Assembly: GCF_001194135.2 (NCBI RefSeq)
Contig: NC_068996.1
Span: forward strand, 29,587,917 to 29,644,771
Source of the DNA: Octopus bimaculoides
Lineage: Eukaryota
DNA length: 56,855 nucleotides
Direction of reading: 5' to 3'
This document shows, piece by piece, positions 37,431 through 50,895 of the stretch (within the stretch, counting starts at the first letter, position 1; the number at the start of each line of letters is the position of its first letter). The notes below the pieces were generated by a model. That model did not search any database. It was not told where the DNA came from and saw only the letters and a program-made list of their open reading frames with translations. The translations under genes were made by a program, and so were the position numbers.

Positions 37431-38024
37431 AATAATCTTTTAATTAAAATTTATTAGAATACTTTATTCAGATTTCTCTTTTTAAATAATTCTGCTCTTA
37501 GCACAGGCATCTATTTGTAACTGAATATTTCTAACTAACCTTAAATTACAAATTTTTAAACATCTATTTTAGGAAATTGTTATCTAAAACATTTATTTAC
37601 TTGAATTTTTATGTTGCTTGACAGTTTTTTCTAGAAATTTTTAATAGCCCAAATCTGGATTATAAATTGTTAAGCATAGGATAAGAAATTTTTATATTCT
37701 GGACTCAATTCAGTCATAATTTTAAGAATACAGTGTTGTCTTCAAGAAAAGTATGTTAATGTTGATGAAATTGTCTTAATTGAAATCCAGTTTTTGGTAT
37801 TTTTTTTTCTCTTTTTCTCTTTTTTTTTAAATTTAAAATTTTTTTTCTTTCCTCATTGAAATATAAATCATTTATTTGGATGTCGCAAGCCAGCAAAGGA
37901 AGTTAATGCATTAACTCTGCAAATCTGTTTCAAGTTGGCATTGTGTTAATATCATGTTGCAACTTTTAATGGACCTGTCTCCCGAAAATTGCATTTTCTC
38001 CCTATTTTAACAAACTACTTTTTG

Positions 38025-38056
<32 letters not shown>

Positions 38057-40020
38057 CACATTCATTCTTGTGTGTTTATGTCGATTGAGTTCACTGCACT
38101 ATACAGAGAATTGCTTGGATCATTCAATATGTTTTTTGAAGATTTGTTGCAAAATGCATTGATGAAAGACAACTATATAACTATTCAGTACAGATGATGC
38201 CATAGCTAGAGAAATATTTTCATTCAATTTTTCTTGTCATGCTGTTGCTTCTGTTGAATTCAAAATTTGGCAAACATCCTAGCAATCTCACTATTTAATA
38301 TATCAAAAAAATATATTTTTAAAAAAAAAATCCTAAAAAATTAATAAAATGTATTTAAAATACTTATCAAATAGTATTTATTGCTAATTAGATAACACTT
38401 CCACTTAGTTGGTGATGGTTGAATGGAAAAAAAATTTAATATTTTCATTTCAATGAAAATTAAATTTGAAATTTTTGGATTTATTTATTCAATTTTATGT
38501 ATACACAATGTATACATGTACATGTAGGTGGGTTCTATTTCCCACTTGCATTCAAAAGATATTTACACCTACCCATTCCCCCAAAATATGTCCTATATTC
38601 TAGTAAGTGGTATGTCAAAAATTCAGTAACTTGGGGCGGATTATTGATATGTGCATTTGAGCTGTTATGGAAAGGGTCCTCTGAATAAATGTGAGATAGG
38701 GTGCTGGCTGAACCATTGAAGACAACTTAAGTGCCATTCTCATTTGCTGAAATGGAAACAAAACATGAATGACTGAAGGAATGTTTTATTTTTACCAATC
38801 TTGCTGCATTGGTCACCATTCCCTTATTGAATAAATTATTAAAATATGTTAAAGATTTCTTTTTTTTTTTTCTTCCTGCTTCATACTGATTTGCATTTTT
38901 ATTGTATTTAAAGGACTATAGTATATGTTAAGGAACATTGTGTGTTTGAAGGTTAAACATGCAATTTATTTTAAAAACTGCAACTTTTCCCAAGGTTCTC
39001 TTTAATTTAATTTGATATCAAACTCACCGGTTTTCTTTATTGGTGGACATTAATATTTCTGTCCACCAAAAGCAAGGCTGTTATTCTTAAACCTACGGTT
39101 GTATGAGGTAGGGAAAATTTTCCCAAAATTTAATGCATATAGTTGAATCATTTGACTAGTTTGCTACAGAAATAATAAATGGTATGTATAAGTTTATTTT
39201 ATATCAGTCTAGTCTCCAGTTATCATGAATTAATACTAAATGTGCTTCAGGGGTATGGAAGCACTTACGAGTATTACAAGTAGGTAAAAATGTAACATTT
39301 GTCAAATTTTTATTTGGGCAAGAGAAGACAACATTGTACATTTTGAATTCCTGTTCAAAAAGACTAAAAGATAAGTTATGAATGGAGTCCTTTAGAAATT
39401 GTAGGGTATTTGATTAGTTAAGCAACTAGAATTTCTTAAATGAAATCAATATGCTATTTCACTTAGATTTGGGCTTCAGTTATTTAAAACAGTATTTTTA
39501 AGAGAAAATATTTTTATTTTTTAACTTCAGTGTCTTTGTCTTATGTTTTCTAAGTTAAAAATACATTTTTATCTTATAAAAAGTCTTATCCTTCTCTAGG
39601 GTTGTGTTAGTAGCTTCGCTTAAATAAGTTAATCCACATGTAAATGTATTATATTTCCAGTCGCTGCTTAAAACGTGTGTGTGTGTGTGTTTGTGTCAAA
39701 TCCATGAACTTAAATGGAAATCTTTTGTGTAAATGTAAAAGGAAATGACAAGATTTCTTAGAAAATGGTTTGTAAATTCCATATATTTATTCTATTTTTT
39801 ACTTCAGAAAAAATTAGAAAAATTCTTGTTTTAGATGTTATTGCACTTGTAATGTGTGCTCTGTATTTTGCCAGTGTAATGGCATTGCTCCAGTGTGGCT
39901 GACAGGTTGGAACAGGTAAAAGAGTGTTGGAGTTACTGTGATGGATTTTATTTGCAATCCAAACTACAACAAATTAAGATGTAAATATAATTTCAATAAA
40001 TTTATTAACCAAATGAAAAT
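35246..40020 (+). other. Probable long CBP 3' UTR
   Basis: AU-rich, no recognisable TE; AATAAA at 39995-40000 followed by U/GU-rich sequence. Earlier AATAAA sites exist, so the end is uncertain. Confidence 0.45.
39995..40000 (+). terminator. Candidate polyadenylation signal AATAAA
   Basis: Canonical hexamer near the end of the TE-free block, with downstream ttcttgttgacatttgtg. Confidence 0.4.
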
Positions 40021-40701
40021 TAATGCACAAATTCTTGTTGACATTTGTGCTAAATATTCAGTTGCAATTCGTTTCAGTTACTGGTAGGGATGCTAAAATT
40101 ATTTTATCTTAGATAATTAGTGTCTATTTAATACATTTGTCTTAAATGTTATTAAATTTTTGTCTCTAATTATGTTTTCAAAATAGAATGTGTAACTTTA
40201 GTTCATACTTTACTACTATAGGATTTAAATGACACATTAGTCTTAAAGAATAGAAGTATGGTAAGTATTATATTTTAAAATCTGAATATGATAAAAGATT
40301 ATCTTTCTAAAATATTCAAATAATGGATGCAAACAAACCATGAAAGAATCAAGTTTGAACATTTTTCATGTCTTTTGTGCCTTCATTTGCTGTAGGTTGA
40401 ATACAAAGAAGACACTAGAAATCTAGTGGTAAACTATGAGGCATGGAATATTCAGCATTTTGTAAAATTGGTTAATTTAAAATAGCAAGCCAACACTCAC
40501 ACATGTTAGTAATAAACTAAAGAGTGGATGATCAAAACCACATTCAAAGATGAATAATTTTTAATAGTAATGCTGTTTAATACAAAACAAGTAGCTTCAT
40601 GCAAAGTTATATGCAGTTCAATCATACTTTGTAATGAGCCATCTTGTTAGGTGTGTGTGCATGCAAAAATGGACATTAGAGTTGTGATTGGTGTGTATAT
40701 A

Positions 40702-41081
40702 GGCATAGGTGTGACTGGTAAGACGTTTGCTTCCTAACCCCATGGTTCCAGTTTAAGTCTCATTGTGTAACATCTTTGGCAAATGTTTCCTACTAATGCC
40801 TCAGGCTGACCAAAGCTTAGTAAGTGGATTTGGTAGACAGAAACTGAAAGAAGCTTATTAATATGTATGTGTGTGTCTGAGTTTGTCCCCACTGCCACAG
40901 CTTGACAACCATTGGTGGTTTGTTTACATCCCCATCTCTTAGTTATTTTGCAACAGACACCAATAGAGTAAGTACCAGGCTTAGAAGAAAAATTAGTGTT
41001 GGGTCAATTCGTTCATCTAATACTCTTCAATGTGGTACCCCAGCATAGCTGCAGTCTAATGCCTAAAACAAGTAAAAGATA
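40702..41081 (+). mobile_element. Full-length tRNA-type SINE
   Basis: Head ggcataggtgtgactggtaag...ggttccagttt (A/B-box-like), core gtggatttggtagacagaaactgaaagaag, tail aaacaagtaaaagata. Confidence 0.8.
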
Positions 41082-41087
41082 TATATA

Positions 41088-42250
41088 TTGGGTCATCCCA
41101 TAAATAATGCAGTTTTATTATACTTTTATTTTTCAAAATTAAGATAAAGTTCTTTTTTAATCTAAAATACACTCTCCTTCATATTCTACAATGTTTTTCC
41201 ATCTATTGGTAGGCCCCTCTTCCAAAATTCACTTGTCCATGACGAAAACTACTCTTCCAGTACTGTTCTGGCCTCATCTACAGAATTCATATTTTTTCCA
41301 ACCAAATGATTTTGAAGACTGCAGAATGAATAATAATCAGATGGGGCAATGTCTGGCAGATATGGTGGGTAGGGTATCATTTCTCATTCAAACTGCTCCA
41401 GCCTTTGGAATGTCATTCTCACTGTATGTAACCGAGCATTATCCTGATGGAAGAACACCTTTCATCTTGAAACCAAAGATGGTTGTTTTGCTTCTAGTGC
41501 TGACTTAGGCCACTCAAGTTGCTCATAGTAGATCTCTGTTATCATTTGGTTTGAGTTTAAAAGTTCAAAGTGGTCTAAACCTTTCATATCCCACCAAACA
41601 GATAACAACACCTTACATGGGTGAAGACCTTTAGCCTGGGGTGCCAGTGTTTCTCCTCTCCGTGCTTGACATTTTTATAGAGAGCCTATTTGTCGTCACT
41701 GGTCCAAAAACATGACAGCAAAGAAGAGCACACATTCACTCTCTGCGTGCAATTAGACTTAGAAAGTTTGTGAGGAATCCATTGACCCAATTTGCTGACT
41801 TTTCTGATGACACGCAGGTGTCAATGAATGGTTGAATGACCAAATTCAAGCTTTTCTGTTAGTTCCTCAACAGTTACAATGGGATTTTGTTCCACCAGGA
41901 CATCCTCATTGAGCTCTATAGATCTTCCAGGTTGAGGCTCATCTTCTAGGTTGTAGTTTGCGGCTTGGAATTTCTGGAGCCACCATTGATGCTGGCATAC
42001 GGTTATTGTCCAATTATTAATATTCCTCACACTTTCCGTTGTGTTGTTGCTTTTATTGAACTCATAAAGAAAAATATTCTGAATATGCTCCTTCATCACT
42101 TCCATTATAGCTTTGAAATGATAACTGTTAAAATCGAGATGCACTAAGAACCTGCTATTATAGCAAGTTTATGCAGTTAGTTTATCCCATCCCTTTCCAA
42201 CTTTGAGTTCATGCAATTGAAAAAACCGCATTATTTATAGGATGACCTAA
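41088..42250 (-). mobile_element. Near full-length decayed mariner transposon inserted in the SINE tail
   Basis: ~28-bp TIRs ttgggtcatcccataaataatgcagttt / aaaccgcattatttataggatgacctaa; transposase FLYEFNKSNNTTESVRNIN...LEDEPQPGRS. Confidence 0.9.
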
Positions 42251-42294
42251 TTATATATATATACACACACAACACAGATGTGTGTGAGGGGGGA

Positions 42295-42597
42295 AGTCAG
42301 CTTCTCAATCACGATTCTAGGTTCAGTCCTACTGTGTGGTATCGTAGGCAAGTGTCTTCTCTAGCCTTGGATCAACCAAAGCCTTGTGAATGAATTTGGT
42401 AGATGGGAACCGAAAAAAGTTTATTGCATGTATATCTGTGTGTTTGAACCCCTATCACTGCTCAATAACTAGTGGTAGTGTGTTCACAACCCTGTAAATT
42501 TGTGATTCAGCAAAAGGGACTAATGGAATAAGTAACCAGCTTTTAAGGTGGCATTCCAGCATGGTCACAGTCAAATGACTGTAACAAAAAGAATAAA
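42295..42597 (+). mobile_element. tRNA-type SINE
   Basis: ggttcagtcctactgtgtgg...caaccaaagccttgtgaatgaatttggtagatgg...ccagcatggtcacagtcaaatgactg. Confidence 0.75.
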
Positions 42598-44107
42598 CAT
42601 ATATATTCTAGTGGTAACAAGTTTGAGAGATGGTATGTGTGTGTACATATATATATATGTATAATTAACATAATAGGGTAAAAATTCGATATTAATTAAT
42701 ATCAATTTAATACCAGGAAACCAGCACATTAACAGAATCAGAAGGTTCAGAAAAAATTTTTCCGAGATCCTAAAAGGATTATAGTACTTGTGTATATAAA
42801 AGAGACCACTAAGTGGTCTGTTAATGTGCTNNNNNNNNNNNNNNNNNNNNNNNNNNNNNNNNNNNNATATATATATATATATATATATATACTCTGGGAG
42901 TGGGCTGACCAAATTCAGTAAAAGGCATGTCCAACCTCTTAGAATATAAAAACTCAAACGATGTCTGAAAGTGAAAAATATTTGATCAATAATCATTATT
43001 CTGACAATAGTTTTTGTTTAGTATGTGGCTTTTTGAGGCAAAACAAAATGTATTCTGCCAGACTAATGGTTATGAATTAAATATTATTTATATATAAAGA
43101 GAGAGTGTACATATCGGAGAGGAGTCTCTATTACCAAAAATTCCTGCAATATTAGCATGCCATTAAAGCAAGGTACAATTGTGAACCTGTTTCTGCCTCA
43201 GTAGGCACCATAGCTCAACAATTGGTTTATCTCCAGCAGCCAAAAGATTTGGGCTAATACAAAATGAGAGAACATTTTACAACCTAGGTAATTTTCACAA
43301 ATTAACCAAGAATGAACTAAGAGAAATAACTCAGTGGTTAGCAGCATGAAAAATGTAAAATGTAGATATATCAAATACCATACAACATGTTTTTTTTGTT
43401 TTTTTTTTAGAAAAAGGACAAATTCATTATTTGGAGACAATTTTTTAAAAATTAAGAATTTATGTTGTATGATATTTAATATACCTTCATTTCTTTAGGT
43501 TGATCCTGCACATGCTGCTTGCCACACATACACACACATGCATATATATATATATGAATATTAATACTTATACAATACAGTATTGTTAATCCATTTCACC
43601 CAATTTTAGCTCTTGGTTTTGCACACTGGAGCTTGTCAAAAGGGTTGGCCAAGATAGGGTTTTTCCCTGAACTCTCGTGTGAAACTGATTGATAAAATCA
43701 GCAGAAATGGACTTATACTTAAAATGCCTGTTTAAACTACTGTTCTCAACAGCAGTCAAACCTTGCCACAACTCTAGCTCACTTACACATCCAAACACTT
43801 ATGCATGTTCCCATCGGCCTCACTTCAGTATTATTTCCCTGTCACTGAAATTTTACCCTAATATATATTTTATACACACTTTACTCCCTTATTATCCCTC
43901 TTTGCTCTGCTTTTAATCCAGCTTCTTCCTCCACCATACAGTTTTTCACTGTACTGGTATGCCCCCATTTTCCCAGCCTTTTTTCTGCTATCTATTTCAC
44001 TTCTGGAATTGACTGCTTGATTTTACCCATTAACTATATTAGGACTCTCTTCTATAATGTAAGAATAAACTAATCTTTTTAAAACATCCTGTTACAAATA
44101 ATTTTTT

Positions 44108-46600
44108 TCTTTAACGTCCACCTTCCATGCTAGCATGTGTGGAATGGTTTCACAAGTGCTTGCCAGGCAGAAGCCTGCACCAGACTTCTGTGACTGTTTT
44201 GGCAGGATTTTTACAGCTGGATGCAGTAACAGTGATGCAAAGGAACAGGACCGTAAGTTCAGGATTGAGAAGTGTGAGCTAGGCATGGTGTATGAAGGAG
44301 GAAAATGTGAAGAAGAGATGTAGATTGGTTTATTGGTGTAGTGTGAGATAGCAATAATACAGTGAAACACACAGGTCGTGGGCTAGCATAGAGCAATGAT
44401 GATGAGGCCAGGATTGGGGAGTGAGAGGTAAGCATAGTGCATGAAGCGGAAATGTGAAGAAAAGATGTAGTTTGTTGTGGTAGAGTGTGTGAGAAGTTTT
44501 CATGTTAAGTGCGGGTGGGGGACACAGCGCTTCTAGAACTCAATTTTGCTGACATGGGGGGGTCTTCTCAAGAACTTCATAATACCATACATCTTGGTCC
44601 ATTGTCATTTTTGTTTATGCAGCTATCCTCATTTATACACATCACATGTCCAAACCAACATAGTCTTCTCTCTTACCTGCTACATTTGATTCCTCTTATG
44701 CCCAGCGTTTTTCTCAATACATTTGCACTTTGTCTAATAGGTGCACTGATGTTGCACATCCAACGGAGAATACTACCTTTGTTTTTTTCCAGTTTAACGT
44801 CTTCTGCATTCAGAGCCCATGTCTCTCTACCATGGAGTATAGCCGTTTGTACAAAAGCATCATATTGTCTATCTTTCCCTCTTAGAGAGAGACCTTTTGT
44901 TGCCAATAGAGGCAATAGCTCTGACCTTCCTCCACCCAAATCTTATTCTAGAGAAACAATCCTTTCAGAGCATTCTCCATCATTGCTAATTTGGTCACCT
45001 AGGTAACAAACTGTCTACAACTCCAAGAGAGCCTCCTGGGCTGCACATCTTCCACATACAAAAATGACTTTATCTGTTAATCTACCTGTGATTCCACTGC
45101 ATGTCTTATGTGTCCATAGTTTACACTGGGTGCGGCAAATGGAACTCCTTTCCTACATATTGAGCAGGGCCATTTACTTGACAGAAAGAGAGTGTTATCT
45201 TCTTTCTTACTAACAACACCTTTGGTCTTAGGTTAACTTTAAGTCCCTTTGATTCCAGGTTTTGTTTCCATACCTGGAATTTCTTCTCCAATTCTTTAAA
45301 AGATTCTGCAAGAGCAAGGTCATCAGCATATAGCAGTTCCCACAGGCACCCAGTTTTGAATTCCTCTGTAATGTCCTGGAGGACTATAATGAATAAGAGT
45401 GGGCTGAGAACTGAATCCTGGTGAACCCCTACCTGTACACTAAATACATCACTGTATTCATGGCCGACTCTCACCTTATTGACAGCACCACTGTACATGT
45501 CTTGTACAGCTCTAACAAGCCACTCTTATACTTCTAACTCTCTTAGAGACCACCATGTAACAGAGCGGGGAACTCTGCCAAAAGTTTTCTCCAGGTTGAT
45601 GAAGGCTAAGTACAATGGCTTACTTTTGGTCAAGTACTTTTCCAGCAGCTGTCTCACTAGGAAGATGGCAACTGTGGTACTTTTCCCAGGTACAAAACCA
45701 AACTGTATCTCCTCTAGTTTAAGTCTATTTCTAATCAATTGAGCTATAACCCTCTCAGTAACTTTCATGACTTGGTCTAGCAATTTAATACCTCTGAAGT
45801 TGTTTCTATCTAAGGCATCACCTTTACCCTTATAGCAGCCAACTATAATACTACTGCACCATTCACTGGGGATGGCACCTTATTGAATAACCTGATTAAC
45901 TATACAGGTGACTGAGCTGTATCCTACACCACTTGAAATTCTAATCATCTCAGCAGTGATTCCTGATGGCCCAGGGACTTTCCTTGTCTTCATGTCTTTA
46001 ATTGCCTTATCTCATATGCTGCTATCAACTGTGATGTCTGGTCCCTCAATTGGTTCGATATTTCGATATTTGGTGGACCCTCCGTCTCCCATTCATTTTC
46101 CACATTTAGTAACCTTTCATAGTGACACTTCCATGCATCTTTCTTCTCTGAGTCACTAAGTGCAAGCATACCATTATCCATTCACACACATTCTCACCTA
46201 CCACATCTCTATTTTCTATGATACATTGCTTTGAAATCCTGAACACCTCACATCTCTGATCCTCATGCTGTAGAACATTTGCAAATCTCTTACCTTCAGC
46301 TACTCTTTTGCTATGTATACCTGATGCCTAGCTGCCCTTTTGGCTACCTGAGATAATTCTCTGCTTCCACCATTTTTTTACTCCTGTCTTTTTGCTTTTA
46401 TAGCACTGTCAACTTCCTTGCTCTACCACCATGTCACCCTTGATCTAGCTGGGACTCTGCACCAACCACAGATTTCGTCCATAGCCCTCAGTAGATTGTC
46501 TCATAGGGACTTCCAATTGTCCTCGAGCTATGTGTCCCCAACTCTTCCTCTTTTTCGTCAGAAGCTTCTATTAGTAAATCTCTAGATTTTTGTCTGTTTT
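44108..46600 (-). mobile_element. Long degenerate RTE LINE (linker, RT with PHD-like insert, C-terminus, tail)
   Basis: HYERLLNVENEWE, QFGFVPGKSTTVAIFLVRQL, GVHQDSVLSPLLF, LLYADDLAL, LHGRETWA; tail ttaacgtccaccttccatgctagcatg at ~44110. 44225-44500 is unexplained purine-rich sequence. Confidence 0.9.
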
Positions 46601-46745
46601 TTTGTTTTTTTTTTTAGCTTCCATAGTCTTCTTTTCCAGATTGGTCTATTTCTCCAAGTCTTTTTAGCTCTAATTCTCAAGTAACTAACTAGTAACCTAT
46701 GTTGAGTTGTACACTCTTCACCTGGGAAAGACTTTGCATATTTAA

Positions 46746-46961
46746 TCCTTTAGCATTCAGATTATTCTGTCAAATATAATGCTTATTTATTCAGTTTTAA
46801 ATTAATCATGCATTATCTCATAGCATTGGGATTTTGATGATGTAATTGCTTATTTTTAGAATGACATTGCAGCATAGGTGTGAGAAGTCAGATCTGGCAT
46901 GTTTGAACAATAAACAGATAGAATATTTAGGCTGGATATGGCCAGTTTAAATGCTAAAAGT
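46746..46961. mobile_element. piggyBac-type MITE
   Basis: TTAA|tcctttagcatt ... aatgctaaaagt|TTAA. Confidence 0.8.
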
Positions 46962-47704
46962 TTAAGCATCCATCTATCTTGTTGCATGGTGAGGAGGTAG
47001 TCAATCTTGCTTATGTGCTTACCAAACTGATAAGTGATTAGGTGGCTGGCTGGCTGGTTTTTTGAAGTTAGTGTTGCAGATCATGAGATCATTTGCATCA
47101 CAGAGCTACATGTACTTCAACTATACTTCTTTTTTTCTCACCTATACTTTTTCCATCAACATTTAACAGTAAATTATTTCCCTTTCTGTTTGTCTGTGCC
47201 CAGTTCAACTGCTTTCTTTTATCAGCTTAGACTTTTCACCAGTGCTGTCAATTTATATTTTATTATTAGTACTACTGATATACTTTTTCTGTCAGCATTT
47301 TTTCATTGTACACGTCTCTGCCAGTTCTTCTTCCACACCTTCTCTCATACACCCCATCCTTCCATGCCATTACACTCCCATATTTGCACTTCACCTAACT
47401 TCTTCCCCCATGCGCATCACTATACACAAATAACAACCTAAATATGCACACACTTCATTCCTAACTCCCTTTATGCAACCTCTTCCTCATCAGGCCTTGA
47501 ACTTCTCAGCTAGTCTTTTCTTTTTTTTCTCCAACCACCTTTTCTCATACATTCTCCTGTTTTATTATTTTTTTTTTCTTTTCTATCTCTTGATGAAGAC
47601 TGGTACCTGAAACATAAAGACTCCCTTCTTTTTAAGTGTTAAGGTTTTGTTGAAACATATGCCTCCTATTTTGTCTTTAGTGCATACATCTACACAGTTT
47701 TATA

Positions 47705-48700
47705 CACACTCCAAGAAAGGAAAAGTTTGTATAAATATTTTATTTTTATAAGTACCTCTATAAATATACCTCTTCTGATGTTTTATCAAATTGTGATAAC
47801 ACTGTTTACTGTAGTACAATATTGTCTTAACAGATGGTGTTACCCTCATACCTGTAACATCAACAAGTGACACCTACAACATGGAGGACTTACAATTATC
47901 GTCTGAGGAGCGTAATATTATTTTAAAGTGGTATTTCAAATTTGAAAATGTTGTGTAAGTCCAAAGGCATTGGAGTCATGAGTTTGTGACACAACTTCCA
48001 ACATGTTAGACAATTTCACAGATTCATGATATGTTCAATGCACATGGTACTGTGTGTGATGTGCATAATGAAAATCCGGCAGAGTTCATACAGCAATAAG
48101 TGCTGCGGTGTTGGAACAGTTCACATTTTCACTTCAGAAGTCTACCACACAATGTGCATGTGAAACAGGAGTAAGCAGTACAATCATACATCGCCTTCTT
48201 ACAAAAGCTAAGTGGAAAGTTTACAACCCAAGATTATTTATATGCAATTAATGAAAACAATCCAGATCAAAAAATCTAGTTTCAACACATGGTAGGTGAG
48301 GATGAAGAATTGGTAAGAAATATTGTGTGGTCTGCTGAAGCACAATTTAAGCTAAATAGAATAGTGAACTGACGTGATTGTGCTTAATGGTCGTCAGAAA
48401 ATCTTCGCATGCAGCTGGACAAAGTAGTCTGGTGTGGAATGTTATCTAGAGGTTTAGTACGACAATTTTTCTTTGAAGGTACTGTTACTGGTCAGGCTTA
48501 CCTAGACATGCTACACACATCCATCTTACCTGCCATACACAAACTTTATGGAAATGATGAATTATTCTTTCAAAAAGACACCACACTGCCACCAAGATGT
48601 GCGAGCTTATACCAATGAGAATTTACAAGTACACTGGCTAGCAAGAAGAGGTGTAGTTGGGTTCCCCTTGCATTCTCCTGACTTAACACCTACATATATA
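47705..48700 (+). mobile_element. Decayed Tc1/mariner-superfamily transposon (maT/DD37D-like), cut by gap
   Basis: From ATG 47881: EERNIILKWYFKFENVV.VQRHW; IVWSAEAQFKLN; VVWCGML..FFFEGTVTGQAYLDML; HWLARRG..FPLHSPDLTP (cf. WPPRSPDLTP). Confidence 0.8.
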
Positions 48701-49581
48701 NNNNNNNNNNNNNNNNNNNNNNNNNNNNNNNNNNNNNNNNNNNNNNNNNNNNNNNNNNNNNNNNNNNNNNNNNNNNNNNNNNNNNNNNNNNNNNNNNNNN
48801 NNNNNNNNNNNNNNNNNNNNNNNNNNNNNNNNNNNNNNNNNNNNNNNNNNNNNNNNNNNNNNNNNNNNNNNNNNNNNNNNNNNNNNNNNNNNNNNNNNNN
48901 NNNNNNNNNNNNNNNNNNNNNNNNNNNNNNNNNNNNNNNNNNNNNNNNNNNNNNNNNNNNNNNNNNNNNNNNNNNNNNNNNNNNNNNNNNNNNNNNNNNN
49001 NNNNNNNNNNNNNNNNNNNNNNNNNNNNNNNNNNNNNNNNNNNNNNNNNNNNNNNNNNNNNNNNNNNNNNNNNNNNNNNNNNNNNNNNNNNNNNNNNNNN
49101 NNNNNNNNNNNNNNNNNNNNNNNNNNNNNNNNNNNNNNNNNNNNNNNNNNNNNNNNNNNNNNNNNNNNNNNNNNNNNNNNNNNNNNNNNNNNNNNNNNNN
49201 NNNNNNNNNNNNNNNNNNNNNNNNNNNNNNNNNNNNNNNNNNNNNNNNNNNNNNNNNNNNNNNNNNNNNNNNNNNNNNNNNNNNNNNNNNNNNNNNNNNN
49301 NNNNNNNNNNNNNNNNNNNNNNNNNNNNNNNNNNNNNNNNNNNNNNNNNNNNNNNNNNNNNNNNNNNNNNNNNNNNNNNNNNNNNNNNNNNNNNNNNNNN
49401 NNNNNNNNNNNNNNNNNNNNNNNNNNNNNNNNNNNNNNNNNNNNNNNNNNNNNNNNNNNNNNNNNNNNNNNNNNNNNNNNNNNNNNNNNNNNNNNNNNNN
49501 NNNNNNNNNNNNNNNNNNNNNNNNNNNNNNNNNNNNNNNNNNNNNNNNNNNNNNNNNNNNNNNNNNNNNNNNNNNNNNNNN

Positions 49582-49899
49582 CTGAGCGTGACCGTTGCCA
49601 GTACCGCCTGACTGGCCTTGTAGGGTTTTCGAGCGAGTTCGTTGCCAGTGCCCCTGGACTGGCTCTTGTGCGGGTGGCACATAAAAGACACCATTTCGAG
49701 CGTGGCCGTTTTCGTGCGGGTGACACGTAAAAGCACCCACTACACTCTCTGAGTGGTTGGCGTTAGGAAGGGCATCCAGCTGTAGAAACTCTGCCAAATT
49801 AGATTGGAGCCTGGTGTAGCCATCCGGTTGCACCAGTCCTCAGTCAAATCGTCCAACCCATGCTAGCATGGAAAGCGGACGTTAAACGATGATGATGAT
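49582..49899 (+). mobile_element. Young RTE LINE 3' end with (GAT)n tail
   Basis: Near-identical to 24851-25104. Confidence 0.9.
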
Positions 49900-50143
49900 A
49901 CATATATATATATGTATACATGTATATATATATCTGTGGGTGTTTTTTCAAAACACTGGTTTAAAAAGCCACATCAGACGCCATGAACGAGCTAAGGTGT
50001 AGGTGCAGGAGGTGGTCAAACTCTGTGTAAGGAGTGGACAACCACTACTATATATACATATATGTATATATATATATATATATACATATATGTATGTATA
50101 TATATATATGTATGTATATATATATAATATATGTATATATACA

Positions 50144-50191
<48 letters not shown>

Positions 50192-50194
<3 letters not shown>

Positions 50195-50870
50195 TAATAT
50201 ATAAAGCTGAAGATGTGTGTCTGTGTGAAACCTTTTTAAAAGTTTATAGAAATCCACTTTTTCGTAAAAATTTTTACACCAATGGAATTTTTTCGATGTG
50301 AACTTTCTAGTGCAGTAATTATATTTTTTAAATTCCGTTTATATTGTGTGATTTAAGGGAGATTTGGCTGCTGTTTCTAGCAACTTTTATATTTCTTCCC
50401 TTCTACATGTACCTGCGTAACATAGATACGTAAAAACACAACAACCACACATACGTGATCTGTGACAACAACATACACACATCAATATTATAGATATAAG
50501 ATTTACTTTGTGTGTGTTCTTTATATAAACACGCGCACGCATTGCTATTTTATAACTGTCTTCCGGTCTCCCTTCCTCTCTTTCTCTCTCTTCATTCCTC
50601 CCGTTGTCTATTCCTTTCTCCACCTTTCTCTCCCTCTTCCTCTTCTCTCTCGCTCTCTCAAATGCATACACGCGCACGTACACACAATCATTGTCTACAA
50701 TATAAACTCACGTTCGTCAATGTTTGGTAAATATACCACAATTTTCACTAGGGTGTTAGGGTTTTAGGGTTAGTGTTAGGTTTAGGGTATTAGGGTCAGG
50801 GTTGGATAATCATGCGGGTGTTAATCTGAAATGTTACAGAAATGTGAAAACTACTGACCCTGCCATCTGT
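50192..50870 (+). mobile_element. Possible Helitron-like non-autonomous element containing telomere-like repeats
   Basis: A|TC start after (TA)n, similar to 17264; 3' end not established. Confidence 0.3.
50748..50803 (+). repeat. Degenerate (TTAGGG)n-like tract
   Basis: ctagggtgttagggttttagggttagtgttaggtttagggtattagggtcagggtt. Confidence 0.75.
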
Positions 50871-50895
50871 AAATATATATACATATATATATATA

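Noticed and set aside
47588-47625. Hammerhead-like remnant (tTGATGAag...ctGAAAC) after a C/T-rich tract, possibly Penelope-derived
   Set aside because: First core base changed, stems II and III and the cleavage triplet cannot be formed convincingly.
50207-50238. CTGAAGA...GAAAC as a second hammerhead
   Set aside because: No complementary stem II or stem I; chance match in TG-rich sequence.
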